Source of the DNA: Eledone cirrhosa
Taxonomy: Eukaryota
NCBI GenBank assembly: GCA_964016885.1
Contig: OZ024740.1
Span: 309,318,001 to 309,382,000, forward strand
Length of the DNA stretch: 64,000 bases
Reading direction: 5' to 3'
Below are positions 13,420-25,821 of the stretch, piece after piece (the first letter of the stretch is position 1; the number at the start of each line of letters is the position of its first letter). The translations under genes and the position numbers were made by a program. Below the pieces are notes generated by a model. That model was not told the DNA's origin. It did no database searches and saw only the letters and a program-made list of their open reading frames with translations.

Positions 13420-14080
13420 ATTCCTGCTCACACCTTTCTGACATATTTAACAAGGCCACTTTCCTGATGGTATCACCTGCCTGTCCTCTTTCTTACTTTT
13501 TAACACCTTCATCTTTGCTAAGCTTACTTTTAGCTCTTTCAACTCTAGGTTCTTCTTCCAAAGTTGAAATTTTGCCTCTAACTCTCCTAGAGATTCAGCT
13601 ATGACGACTAGGTCATCAGCATATAAGAGCTCCCATAGAGTGCCAGTTTTAATAGCCTAAAGGATGATGATAAAATGGACTGGGGACTGAGCCTTGGTGG
13701 ACCCAATCTGCCCTTCAAATTCATCACTGTACTCATTGCCAACTCTCACTCTGCTGGTTATTTTTTTTGGCCTGGATGGTCCTTACAAGCCATTCATTTT
13801 CACCTAGCTTTGTAAGTGACCACCAGATTATAGAGTGTGGGACCCTGTCAAAGGCCTTCTTTATATCTATAAAAGCCAGATACAGTGGCTTACTCTTAGC
13901 TAAGTACCTCCCCTGTAGTTGTTTCACCAGAAAGAGGGCAGTAGTACTCCTAGCTGGTATAAATCCCAAACTGCATCTCATCTAACTTGATTCTGTCCTT
14001 AATTAGTTATGCTATAACCCTTTCAGTAAATTTCTTCACCTGGTCCATCAACTTGGTGTCTCTGTAGTTACTTCTCTCTA
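13420..14080 (-). mobile_element. Decayed RTE-type LINE reverse transcriptase core
   Basis: GFIPARSTT..LFLVKQLQGRYLAKSKPLYLAFIDIKKAFDRVPH, then VHQGS and WELLYADDL (near 13611-13635), with frameshifts. Confidence 0.88.
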
Positions 14081-14183
14081 TGTAAAATATGTTATTTAAT
14101 ATATTCTAAACATAAATAAATAAAACAGATGTGCAGCTGAGGTATATTGATGGTAAATGATATAATCAATATATTAACATATA

Positions 14184-14647
14184 CGGTAGCCCAAAAGTCA
14201 CTAGACCATTTTAATAAGTAGTTGTGTAGGTAACACAACAAAAAGGGCCCAGCCCACACTCAAAAGTGGTTGTGTGGGTGTCACAACAAAAGTATTCAGC
14301 CCTCACTGTAAAGTGGTCATATAGGTGTCATGTCTAAAATCACCCAGTCCTCACTGTAAAGTGGTCATGTAGGTGTCATGACAAAAAACATCCAGCCCAC
14401 ACTGTAAAATGGTCATATAGATGTCACGACAAAAGGCATCCAGTACACACTGTAAATGTAGTTGGTGTTAGGAAGGGCCAAGCCAAAATTAGTTCCATAT
14501 GAGTAAGATATGGTCATCTGACCTGACCCATCTCACAACAGGACAACTCATTTAACCCATGCTAGCATGGAAAAATGTACATTAAACAGTGATGATGAAA
14601 GGGGTTATTATATTTTGAAATGGTCTAGTGACTTTTGAACCACCCTG
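14184..14647. mobile_element. Tc1/mariner-type MITE with an inserted LINE/SINE-tail fragment
   Basis: TA|CGGTAGCCCAAAAGTCACTAGACCATTT ... AAATGGTCTAGTGACTTTTGAACCACCCTG|TA. The interior carries the GTTGGTGTTAGGAAGGG..(TGA)n tail sequence. Confidence 0.65.
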
Positions 14648-15554
14648 TATATATTAACTAGGTATTAAGATTGCAGTGACGATGGAGGCTTGTATAGTGA
14701 AATTTCAGGCTGCAATTTGAATGGTTACAGTACCCTACTTACATTTTTGCACCTGGCCCTGCTTAATGGAGCCAGTGTCGTGACAAGAATATTTGAGGAG
14801 TTTGTTTATCAGAGGTGATCATGTTACCCATGCCATATAGAGCAATATTTTTAATCAGTAGGAGTTGAATCTCAGCTGTTCAGCTCTGGTGATACTCAAC
14901 CAACAGACACACAAGGATCAGTTGTTTTGGGATTGTTTAATAGATTAAATTATAAATTGTTGTTGGTATACACATACATTCTTAACAAATTAGAACTTCC
15001 TCTAATCTTCTACACCATCCTCAAAAGTCTCCTTGAACATCATTATTTGAACATTCGAACACAATACAGTGTTGTTTTAACGTCAACAGGGAGAGTGGAC
15101 ATTAAAACGACAATGTATTGTCAATCGATTGTTCAAAATAATGATGCTGAAGGAGACTTTTGGGGATGGCGTAGAAGATTAGAGGAAGTCCTCGTTTGTC
15201 AAGAATGTATGTGTGTGTGTGTATATAGTCATGCATATGTGTACATGAGAATAAGTGTCTATATACTGACAAGTTTATTCAGAGAAACTTGTAATAGTGT
15301 TACAAGTATTGTTTGGTATAATCTAATTATATGTAGATAAGATTCTCTCTTTCTCTGTCTTTTTCTTTCTCTCTCTCTCACTCTCTCTCTATATATATAT
15401 ATATGTGTGTGTATATATATATATATATATTTATATATTAGGTTAATGCTTGAAATAGCAGGAAGAGGGTCTTAACGTTTTGGATGCTAGTCCTTCATAT
15501 ATAAGGAAAAGAAATCGAAAATGCAACTAGAGACTTTTTAAGAATATTTATTTA

Positions 15555-15598
15555 TTTCCTTTACCGGTTTCACAGTTCTTATGCTTTTCAAAAGAAAA
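15555..15598 (-). ncRNA. Minimal type I hammerhead ribozyme, U3-A8 core variant
   Basis: Minus strand: TTTTCTT-TTGAAAA-GCA taagaac TGT-GAAA-CCGG-TA-AAGGAAA. 7-bp stem I, palindromic stem III, GUA triplet. Confidence 0.65.
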
Positions 15599-15630
15599 AT
15601 TGAGATGGAGGGTTTGTGGTTTGTCTCGCA

Positions 15631-15696
<66 letters not shown>

Positions 15697-15706
15697 GTGT
15701 GTATGT

Positions 15707-16883
15707 CATCATCATCATCATCATCAACGTTTAACGTCCGTGTTCCACGCTTGCATGGGTTTGGACGGGGGTAGTCCCACTTGAGGCAAGAGTGATTGTC
15801 TTGCTCGCATAGGACTATCTGGCAGGTTTTCTACAGTTGGATGCCCTTCCTAACACCAACCACATTTACAGTGTGGGTCTGGGAGGTTTTTACCGTGTTG
15901 CCTACACGGCCACATTACAGCGTGGACTGTGTGTTTTTTTGTCGTGACACCTACACGATCTCATTTGTTTCGGCCTGGATGGTGTGGCACCAACATAACT
16001 TTACATAGAACGGGGTGGTGTGGATGGGATGGGGTGGGGGTGGTGGGACGGGGGGGGGGGTATTTTGTTAGAGATGCCTACTGGCTGTAGTAGGTTTTAC
16101 TATGTATTTAGGTAAGGTGGGTCTTCTCTGTTACTGAGTACCGCCAAAGGTCTCGGTCCAGTGACATTGTCTTGGAGAGGTGTAAGTGTGTGAGGTCGGA
16201 GTTTATCAGCTCGTCCCAGGTTTTTCTAGGTCTGCCTATTCCGTGGCTACCGTCTATCTTTATTGCCCTGCACTTTGTTATACAGCTATCGACTTTCATG
16301 CGCATCACGTGTCCATACCAACGTAGCCTTCTCTCGAGTAAACAACATCTGATCCCTCTTATTTCTAATTTTTTCCTTAGTTCGTTTATGCTTTGCCGTT
16401 CACGTATATTACTGTTACACATCCAGCGGAGCATGCAAGCTTCGTTCCTCTCTAGTCTGCGTATATCCTTTGCACACAATGCCCAGGTCTCACTGCCATG
16501 CAACATTGCTGTTCGTATGCAGGCATCGTACAACCTGCCTTTCATTTTTAGGGAGAACCCTTTAGCAGCTAATAGTGGTATAAGCTCTCTGAACTTTTTC
16601 CAACCAGTTCTGACTCTAGCTACAGTACTTTCAGAGCACCCTCCCCCACTGCTGATTTTATCGCCCAGGTAACGGAAGCTGTCCACTATTTCTATAGAAC
16701 CCTCTGCGCAGTTGAAAGAGCTAGTATTTTGTGGGCACTTGCTGCTACTTATTGCACCAGAACACCGGCCACATGTAAAATCTATGTTCTTAGTTAGCTT
16801 ACCTGTGATCCCACTACATCTTTTATGCACCCATACTTTGCATTTAGGACATAAAATGGAGTTTCTACCTACGCCTTTCTTGT
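15707..16883 (-). mobile_element. 5'-truncated RTE-type LINE: open RT C-terminus (16108..16893), 3' UTR and (TGA)n tail
   Basis: 261-aa frame with CPKC..WVHKRC..CGRC, FRYLG, MLHGSETW, RRLRWYGHVMRM and GRPRKTW. The 3' UTR ends in GGACGTTAAACGT(TGA)n. Confidence 0.93.
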
Positions 16884-17599
16884 ATGTATACATATTCTTT
16901 CCTGAAACAGTCTAACTACATGCCCATGGGTATGTGGTTAGAATGTCTCAGGAAAGAATTGCTGGACAGATTTTATGGGCAAAACCAACTGTTAGGAGAC
17001 CCAGGGGTATACCCCAAGCATGATGGTTGGATAACATCCATGAGCTTGATTGATCTTGCTTGGGGATCCAGCTGGATCAGTTGGAAATGGTTGCTTCTGA
17101 CAGGACCCGGTGGAATAAGTGGACAAAGAGGATGTATATATATGTGTGTGTGTGTGTTTGTGTGTATAACTTTGATAGGTTTCAGCCAGTGTTAGCCCAG
17201 GCCATGTCTAACTTAATAGAACCACCTGGCGAAGTCTTTCAGATTATTGGGTCACAACATAATTATGTTTTGGCTCACTTTAGTAAAAAAAATTGTTGTT
17301 TTTAGAGACTTATCCAGCTGTAAGGAGCTTATCCAGGATTTCTTGGAGGAATTTTATCAGGAAACTGGTGAATATTATGGGATCTGTTTCTGTCTTGATG
17401 CATTTTTATATGCCATTAAAGAGAACAGGGGTAGTTAAGATGAAGTAGTTGTGTCATATTGTTGCTATGAGCTGTTAGATTGAATGTTGTATTGGAGGAT
17501 AATATGGGGACTAAGCCTTGGGTGGATTTTAAAGATGATGTCAACATCATTTGGCAATATTGATGGAATATTATCCAGATCATAGAAATGATGTACTTC

Positions 17600-17860
17600 T
17601 CATGGGGGCAGTGGAGATAGTAAAGTTTGAGTTTTTCTAATTGACATGGCCTGTCATACCATTTATCTTTTTTGTAATTGACCTCTGGGGTGCTTTAATA
17701 TTCATAATACTTTGTTTCATGTGGGGAGACCACATTGGAAACAGTATTCAAGGTGAGGCCAGACAAAGGTAGAGTAGGATAACGGGGCGAATTTCTCTAG
17801 ACTGGAAAGCTCTGAGAATCCAGGAACACATCCTGCATTATCTATGAATATCCCATTCAT
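17600..17860 (-). mobile_element. Decayed CR1/L2-type LINE fragment
   Basis: Minus-strand translation LYSTFVWPHLEYCFQCG resembles the CR1-group LY..LVRPHLEYC motif. Confidence 0.5.
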
Positions 17861-18152
17861 ACTCACACGCACACACACATACATATGCATACCATGAACG
17901 ATGTAGCATAAATGAACTGAGTAAAAAAACTATATATATATGCACACACACACACACATATATATGTATCTATCATTACCACAACAGAGGTCTGACGAGC
18001 TTTTGATTCCAGAGTCGGGCTAGATCGATACAGAATGAACATTGAGCTGATCAATAGTGAAATGTAAACATAACAAAGACATAACAAATTGTCCTTTTTA
18101 TTATTATTATTATTGTTATTATTATTATATAATATATATATATATACAGTAT

Positions 18153-18183
<31 letters not shown>

Positions 18184-18210
18184 AATATATATATATAAAT
18201 ATATATATAT

Positions 18211-18563
18211 GGTGGCACATGGCTAATGGAAGCACATGGCTTAGTGGTTAGAGCATTGGCCTTGCAATCGAAAGGTTGTGAGTTCAATTCTCAGACCGGG
18301 TGATGTGTTGTTTCCTTGAGCAAGACACTTTATTTCAAATTGCTCCAGTTTACTCAAATGAGATGATAGGGACCCCAGTCCCTATCATTCCACTGTAAAG
18401 TGGTCGTGGAGGTGCCACGGCAAAAAAGCACCCAGCACTCACTGTAAATGAGGTTGGTATTAGGAAGGGCATCCAGCTGTAGAAATCAAGCCAGAATCAG
18501 TTCCCGTCCCACCCTTGCAAGCAGGGAAAAGTGGACGTAAAATGAAATGATGATGAATGATGA
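18211..18563 (+). mobile_element. tRNA-derived SINE family A, full length (others at 20694..21127 -, 26191..26575 +, 53829..53995 + partial)
   Basis: A box TGGCTTAGTGGTTAGAGCA; B box GAGTTCAATTCTC; CORE-like CCTTGAGCAAGACACTT; LINE-like 3' end with (TGA)n tail. Confidence 0.85.
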
Positions 18564-18566
18564 TTT

Positions 18567-18842
18567 ATAACAGATTAAAGTTTAAGCAAAGAATCGCTGC
18601 TTTCACCCTTAACGGGATCTTCTGAAACTAACAAAGTCAATCTGTAAACGCAGAAGTGGATATTTAAAAAAACGTTGCAACCGGAGGAAGACAGGAAGAC
18701 GATACTTTGGTTCGTGGAAACGTTCCCTGGCAACGTTTTTTTGAAATATCCACTTCTGCGTTTACAGATTGACTTTGTTAGTTTCAGAAGATCCCGTTAA
18801 GGGTGAAAGCAGCGATTCTTTGCTTAAACTTTAATCTGTTAT
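18567..18842. repeat. Near-perfect fold-back inverted repeat (112/113-bp arms, 51-nt loop)
   Basis: 18567..18678 is the reverse complement of 18730..18842 apart from one indel. Related sequence occurs near 21920-22055, 46300-46550 and 54022-54102. Confidence 0.93.
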
Positions 18843-19468
18843 TTTAATAAATATTTGCTCTACGGTTCTTATATATTTGATATATATTTATCCTTATCGA
18901 GCCCTCTTTAGCTTTTAGTCTTCAAATTTATTATTATTACTATAAATATATATATATATATATATATGGCCCATTTGGTAATCCATTTGTAAGGCACTGT
19001 AATGTATTGATATGGAAACAGACCTGCATTTGAGATGGGTTTGGGGTGGCCAACTGGCTTGTCCCTCTTCATAACAGTGCCATCCAATTCCATTCTGTAA
19101 ATGTGGTTGGTGCTAGGAACGGTATCCAGCTGTAAAATTTCTGGCCAAATTTACTCCTGTCAGAGCCAGGTACAGCATGGCCAATTCTGGTGAGACTTGT
19201 CCCTCGATGTAAACGGCCTGTATAACCCATGCAATCATGGAAAATGAACCTTAAATGGTGAAGATGATGATGGTAGCGATGATAACATGTAAAGCTGGAT
19301 TAAAGTGTCACAAAAGGAGCCATGTAAAAAATGCTGATGCAGGTTATGTTGGTGCATATGGTGTAACAATTTGCCATCAATGTGGTAAAGTCTTCCTATC
19401 AGCAGGAGGCACATGAAAGAACATGGCAATCATGTGTGTGTGTGTGTGAGTATGTGTACATGTATATG

Positions 19469-19519
<51 letters not shown>

Positions 19520-19628
19520 ATTATCATCATCATTTTACATCCGCTTTTTCTTGCTTGCAAGGATATACATGTTTATATATATGTTTATATATATATATAT
19601 ATATATATGTTTGTGTCTCTTTACTGTG

Positions 19629-19688
<60 letters not shown>

Positions 19689-19974
19689 GCAGGGGGGGGG
19701 GTCTTGTTTTAATAGGTAACTCATTTATATGGGTGGAACCTAAAGTGAAAATGTAATTAGGGATAGGCTTTAGTGCAAATGTCTCATGCTCAGTAGTAGG
19801 ATGTGTTAGAATAATCAATAATGCTAGACTATGAAGTAATGCTGTTACATAAATTATGAAAGGAGTTAAAACATATCATTTATTCTACATATGAAACTAG
19901 TTTGAGAATTGCTAGTGTAATATTGATGTTAATTCAAATTTATGAGTGCAAATGGAATTATTATTATATGTATA

Positions 19975-20056
<82 letters not shown>

Positions 20057-21240
20057 ATAGCAAAGGGAGTATAAAGACATTACTCATAATGGGGTATAAT
20101 ATCTTGATACCATTTTTGTTGCAAATTTAATAGTGTTTATGTTGTAGGAGTGAAATATTTGGTTAAGAGATTAAAGAAAATTTTCGAAATGGGTGTGGTA
20201 AGAGATTATCTAAATGCTAGATTATGCCATACATACACATATGTATGTATGTTTTTCTGGTTTCGTTACTTTATACATTTTTACCAATAGAGAGAGTCGG
20301 TTTCTAACATAGACGCAAGACTCTTTCATTGGAATTTAGACAACAACAATTAGGTAGATATGTCTGCATGTCTGCATGTGTGCATGTGTGTGCAGCAATG
20401 GATATTATTGTATGTGTGAATGTGCATGTTTTGTGTTATATGTGTACATGTGCATATGTTTTGTATCTGTATAGTATATATGTAGTTATTACATGCAGAA
20501 TTTTTGGAATGTTTTACATACTTTTACTGTTGCATTAATGGTTTGTACTTGTAATTTCTGGTTCTGTGAAGCTCAGCTTCTCAAGATTTGTACTGAGGCA
20601 GTAACAAACTTTTCTCAGTGTCCCAATAATTACACGTATAAATCTGAAGGTTAGTAAGGGTGGAGTATCTGCAGATTCCTTATTGTATGTATATCATCAT
20701 CATCATCATCATCAATGTTTTACGTCCGTTCTTCCACGCTAGCATGGGTTAGATAGGTTGTCCTGTTGTGGGCAGTGTCCGGTTGGCTGACCTTGTCTTG
20801 CTCATACGGGAACTGATTCTGGCATTGGTTTCTACAGCTGGATGTCCTTCCTAACACCAACCTCATTTACAGTGAGTGCTGGGTGATTTTTTTTCCGTGG
20901 CGCCTACACATCCACTTTACAGTGTGGGCTGGGTGCTTTTTTGGTGTGGTACCTCCAGTGGAATGATAGGGACCCCAGTCCCATCATCTCATTTCTACAG
21001 CTGAGTAAACTATAGCAATGTGAAATAAAGTGTCTTGCTCAAGGAATCAACAGATCATCCGGTCCGAGAATTGAACTCACAACCTTTTGATTGCAAGCCC
21101 AATGCTCTAACCACTAAGTCCTGTGCCGTCATATATATATATATAACTAAAGATTAGTATGGTTCGTTGAATACTCAATGAATACAATTTTACAATAGTT
21201 TAGAAGCACTCAACAGGAAAGTTTTCCTGGAGTTTTTAAT

Positions 21241-21694
21241 ATTATTCAAAATATTAACAAATGAAAAATATTCTCATAATCAAAATATATACTTTATTAT
21301 ATATATTTGAGAGGTACTGTGTTGTTTTTTCAGTACATCCTCATCAGACAAAATATATGATTTGATATATAACATACCGCTACGTTATGTCATTTTTTTC
21401 TTGCCTTTCCTCTTCTTTACACCCTCTCTCATATCTCGAATTTGTTTTATGTCCTTTTCTTCTTTAAGTTTATCATATTATTTGTGGTATATAAACATTG
21501 AGATTTGATGAAATAAACCACTGCCAATACTGGAATTGAGCAATCAAGACCGTAGCAGTATGTCATATATCAAATCATATATTTTGTCTGATGAGGATGT
21601 ACTGAAAAAACAACACAGTACCTCTGAAATATATATAATAAAGTATATATTTTGATTATGAGAATATTTTTTATTTGTTAATATTTTGAATAAT
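21241..21694. repeat. Inverted repeat (about 144-bp arms), each arm carrying a hammerhead motif
   Basis: 21241..21384 pairs with 21551..21694 with a few mismatches. Confidence 0.9.
21577..21648 (+). ncRNA. Minimal type I hammerhead ribozyme (family 1)
   Basis: ATATATTTTGT-CTGATGA-GGATGTACTG loop CAGTACCTCT-GAAA-TATATA-TA-ATAAAGTATAT. 11-bp stem I, 10-bp stem II with one mismatch, palindromic stem III. Confidence 0.75.
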
Positions 21695-22439
21695 ATATAT
21701 ATATATATATATATTAGTAAAAAGGAAAAGAAAATGCTGAACAATTTTTCCCAGTGAAAAATAGTTTAATTAGGAATAAGTATAAATTAGTAATAAGTAT
21801 TAGTTAGTATTCAGTTTTAGTTTTAAGTTTTTAACGGTTGCGCATTTCTAATGCTTTTCAAAAATAGTTTTGAGAGAGAGCGCTTGTGATTTTTGCATAT
21901 ATATATATATATATATATATAGTAATTGCAAAGACCAAGATCCAAAGAGGGCTTGATAAGGATTCTCTATATAGATATGTATAAAGAAAAGTATAGAGCA
22001 AATATTATTAGAACAGATTAAAGTTTAAACAAAGAATTTCTGCTTTCACCCTATTACAGTATGTTTTGATGTATAAATATATATATACACATATACAAAC
22101 ATATATATACATACATCATCATCATCCTTTTCATGTCCGTTTTTCCATGCTTGCATGGGTTGGATGTGTTCTTCTCAGCATGGAATTTCTCCACTTGTCA
22201 TGTAAGTAAATGGGAGATAGGATGGTAAGTATGATGTCAGAGATGCATGACAATTGTGGTGGTGGTGGTGGTGGGGTGTCATAGGACTATAACATATGTG
22301 GTAGAATTTAACAGGATGATACAAGTAGAGAAGGAGAGGAGGGGAGTGATGCTGAAGAGAATGAGGTGGTGAGAATAATTACTAAATAGCAATGGTGGAG
22401 AGTGGAGGCATGAAATGGTCAGATTTCATTTACATTTTT

Positions 22440-22710
22440 ATACTGTGCAAGTCTTCTCCAGTACTACATGTCACCAATCCTTGCAGTCGTTTGTCATCTC
22501 TGTTGCAAGATTCAGCTGCTTAAGGTCTAACTTCACTACTTCATCTGGTGTGTTTCTGGGTCTACATCTTCTATGGGTCCTCTGAGATTCCTTTATACTC
22601 TTTGTACAGCTGTCATCTTTTATATGCATCACATATCCACATCAATGCAGTGTTCTCTCTTGTACAGTATATCAAATTCCTCTTACATTTAGTTTCTTCA
22701 TTCAGTTATA
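22440..22710 (-). mobile_element. Old degenerate copy of the RTE C-terminal region
   Basis: Visibly similar to 16120-16390 (e.g. ACAGCTGTCATCTTTTATATGCATCACATATCCA). Confidence 0.55.
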
Positions 22711-23272
22711 GGCAATACCACAAAGATAATCCACAATGTTTCTATTTGCATTGTTCAACATTTTGAATTCTTGTTGAGGAAATAACCCTTTTAACCCTTT
22801 AGTTACCAACCCGGCCAAAACTGGCTCCGGTTCTATGAAACAAAACCATCCATTTTAAAGGTTTCCATCATCATCACCATTTAACATCCATTTTTCCATG
22901 CTAGCATGAGTTAGATGAGTTATCCCATTGTGAGACAATCCAGGTCCAATGACCATGTTTTGCTCATACAGAACTGATTTTGGCTTGGTTTCTGTGCTAG
23001 ATGCCCATCCTAATGCCAATCACATTTACACTGTGTGCTGGGCGCTTTTTGTCATGTTGCCATCACAATCACTCTACAGTGTGGAATGGGGACTTGGGTG
23101 CGGGTTTGATGAGGAGGTCTAGGGGCATGTATGAGGGAGTAAAGTGTAAGAGCATAATTTGAATTAAAATCTACGAATATAATTTTATATAAGGACCTTA
23201 CATTAAGTTACTATCTTAGTAATGAAATAATTAATAATTTTAGTAAATCCCTCAAAATTCTTCATTATTTAA

Positions 23273-23545
23273 TTATAATAGAGTGTATTTCATTAGAAAT
23301 GCAGTTGTGAAAAGGTTAATGTTCTTTGGCATAACAGGAGCACCACTTTGTGGAATAAATGTGCAAGTATCAACAAGATGTTGTTCATTATGTATAGTAT
23401 CCAGCACAAAATTCACATTTGAATGTAATCTAACAATGAAACTAAAATATTTATGCCAGACTTCAATATGATTATTTGTGTGATTCTCCTCTAATACAGC
23501 TATATTGTACAAATTTCATACAAGAGAATTTAATAACAGTCTATC
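23273..23545 (-). mobile_element. MULE (Mutator-like) transposase C-terminal remnant
   Basis: NHTNNHIEVWHKYF....HSNVNFVLDTIHNEQ resembles the MULE RTNN..EGWH..F....HPNI..FI..L..EQ segment. Confidence 0.6.
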
Positions 23546-24341
23546 ATCTTTGTATTATATGGACCTGTAGCGCCTCATGGTGTTGTAGAAGTACTGTAAT
23601 GACATACAGCATGCCTTGAACATTTTAAACCTGGCAGAGTCCATCCCCTCTCCAGGGCTGAACACAGCTAGTGCTTCTAGAGAAGGAGAAAGAAAATGAT
23701 AAAGAGGGAGTGAGAAACATATATGGAGTAAAAATCGACTCCAGAATTGGTACATTTTTTTTTATCGATCTTGAAAGGATGAAAGGCAAAGTTGACTTTA
23801 ATGCAGAGAGTCAAAACAAATACAGCATTCTATTCAATGTTCTAATAACTCTGCCAATTTGCTGCCAATACAGTCCACCATATCCAAGGACATAAACTTC
23901 ATCAAAACATTTTAGAAGTGGATACATCTTATTTGGCAATTTTTTCTCATAATGTGACATCCTGTCTAACCTATGCAAGTATGGAAAATAGACATTAAAT
24001 AGTGGTGTTGATGATGATGATGTGCTAGCTGATGGTAAAGCATTCAGAAAAACTAGAGCTTGAGATATTACCCTGGTTTATAGCTCAGATCACAGAGCTA
24101 GGACTATCAGGAGAAATTGTGACATTTAATTTCTCATTACCAATAATTTTTGGAATTAGTGTTTTGTTTTTAGTGTAATAAAATATCTTATATAACTTCT
24201 TTTTCACGTAGTCATTGCATACAAATTTGATGTCATAAATTTCCCTAATAAGGGGTAGCAAGTTAATGCAATAGTTAAAACAGTATGTTTATATATACCC
24301 CTGAGTGTGTTTTTTTTAAATATCATTTTGTAGGGGACTTA

Positions 24342-25643
24342 CGAGGGGGGATCAAAAAGTTTGCGGAATTTTATCGTAGCAAGAAAAAAATCAGGTTAAA
24401 ACAATATTAAACATGTCAGAACATTGTCACTGGGTGTTTACCTTGCTATTAGTCATTTGCAGTCAGTTATGCGCGGACTATTGTACAGTACTGACACTCT
24501 TTAAAAAACCTCTTTTTGGAACAATGGAAAATAGTTATTTTGAGATAAGATCGAATATCAAGTTTCTGGTGAAACTCAAATGGAAAGGGACACAGATTAT
24601 GGAGGCTTTAGTTAAAGTTTACGGTACTACTGCTCCAAAGAAAACTGCTGTCTACAAGTGGATTCAGCGATTCAAACAAGGGAGAGACAACCTTGAAGAC
24701 GACCATTGCAGTGGAAGACCAGGAACATCAAAAAATGACCAAAACGTTGAGGCTGCTCAATTAAAGAAGATCGAAGAATAACAGTTAATCAGTTAGTTAA
24801 GTCCCTAGACATTTCATATGGTTCGGCAAATTCAATTCTGCACGATAATTTGGGATTAAGCAAGCTTTCAGTGTGATGGGTCCCAAAAGCGTTGCGCCCT
24901 GATCAGCTGATTCTTCGAAGTGATCTGTCTTTGGCGATATTAAACAAAATTGAAGTTGATGAAGAGCATTTCCTGACCAGAATCATCACCTGAGATGAAA
25001 CCTGGATCTACCAGTATGATCCTGAATCCAAACAGCAGTCAAAACAGTGGCTTCCACGTGGATCATCGGGGCCAATCAAGTTCAAATCTCAAAAGTCGGA
25101 TCAAAAAGTGATGGCCACCATTTTCTGGGATTCAGATGGGGTAATACTAATAGATTATCTTGAAGGTCAAATAACTGTGGAGCTTACTATGCAAATGTTT
25201 TAAGGAAGCTGAAAGAGGCATTAGGCAAGAAACGAAAAGGGAAACTTCATGGTGGGATCTTGTTTCACCATGACAATGCACCAGCGCATTCTGTGCGGGT
25301 TGCAAAAGAAGTTCTTCGAGAATTTCGATGGGAAGTGCTTCCTCACCCACCTTATAGTCCAGATTTAGCCCCATCAGACTTTTTCCTCTTTCCAAAACTC
25401 AAAAAAATGCTAAAAGGAACCTGTTTTAGTGGTGTTGAAGAAGCTAAAAACACTGCCAACACATGGCTTTGGACAAGACCTTCCACTTTCTTTAGAGACG
25501 GCTTACAAAGCTGGAAGCATCGCCTTGTGAAGTGTATTGACCTGGATGGCAACTATGTAGAAAAATAAATTGAAGGTAAATAATATTTTTTGAAAAATAG
25601 ATTATTTTCTGAAAAATTCTGCGAACATTTTGATCCCCCATCA
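24342..25643 (+). mobile_element. Full-length decayed mariner transposon (about 1.3 kb, DD34D)
   Basis: TA|CGAGGGGGGATCAAAAAGTTTGCGGA ... TCTGCGAACATTTTGATCCCCCATCA|TA terminal repeats with TA target duplication. Confidence 0.93.
24524..25568 (+). pseudogene. Mariner transposase pseudogene
   Basis: N-terminal HTH segment (IRSNIKF..VYKWIQRFKQGRDNLEDDHCSGRP), WVPKAL, IT*DETWIYQYDP, HDNAPAH and HPPYSPDLAPSDFFLF. Contains frameshifts and in-frame stops. Confidence 0.92.
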
Positions 25644-25821
25644 TATATTATCAAAATCAAAACACAAAAATAGGCTTCCATAGCCTAAGTGGTTTTGCAT
25701 GTCACATAACACTTTTTTAATGAATGAGTTTTTCTGCACATATCATACATGCATACAGATATTTATAAGTATTGAAAGAGAAATTTAACCTTATTTTTTC
25801 CAATCTATTTTTAACAATTAG

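Noticed and set aside
18228-18300. tRNA-like sequence (also at 21055-21127, 26191, 53829)
   Set aside because: It is the head of a SINE: acceptor and anticodon stems pair poorly and it continues into the SINE body.
24413-25568. Mariner ORFs as an active transposase
   Set aside because: The frame is broken by frameshifts and stops, including TGA in the GDETW motif.
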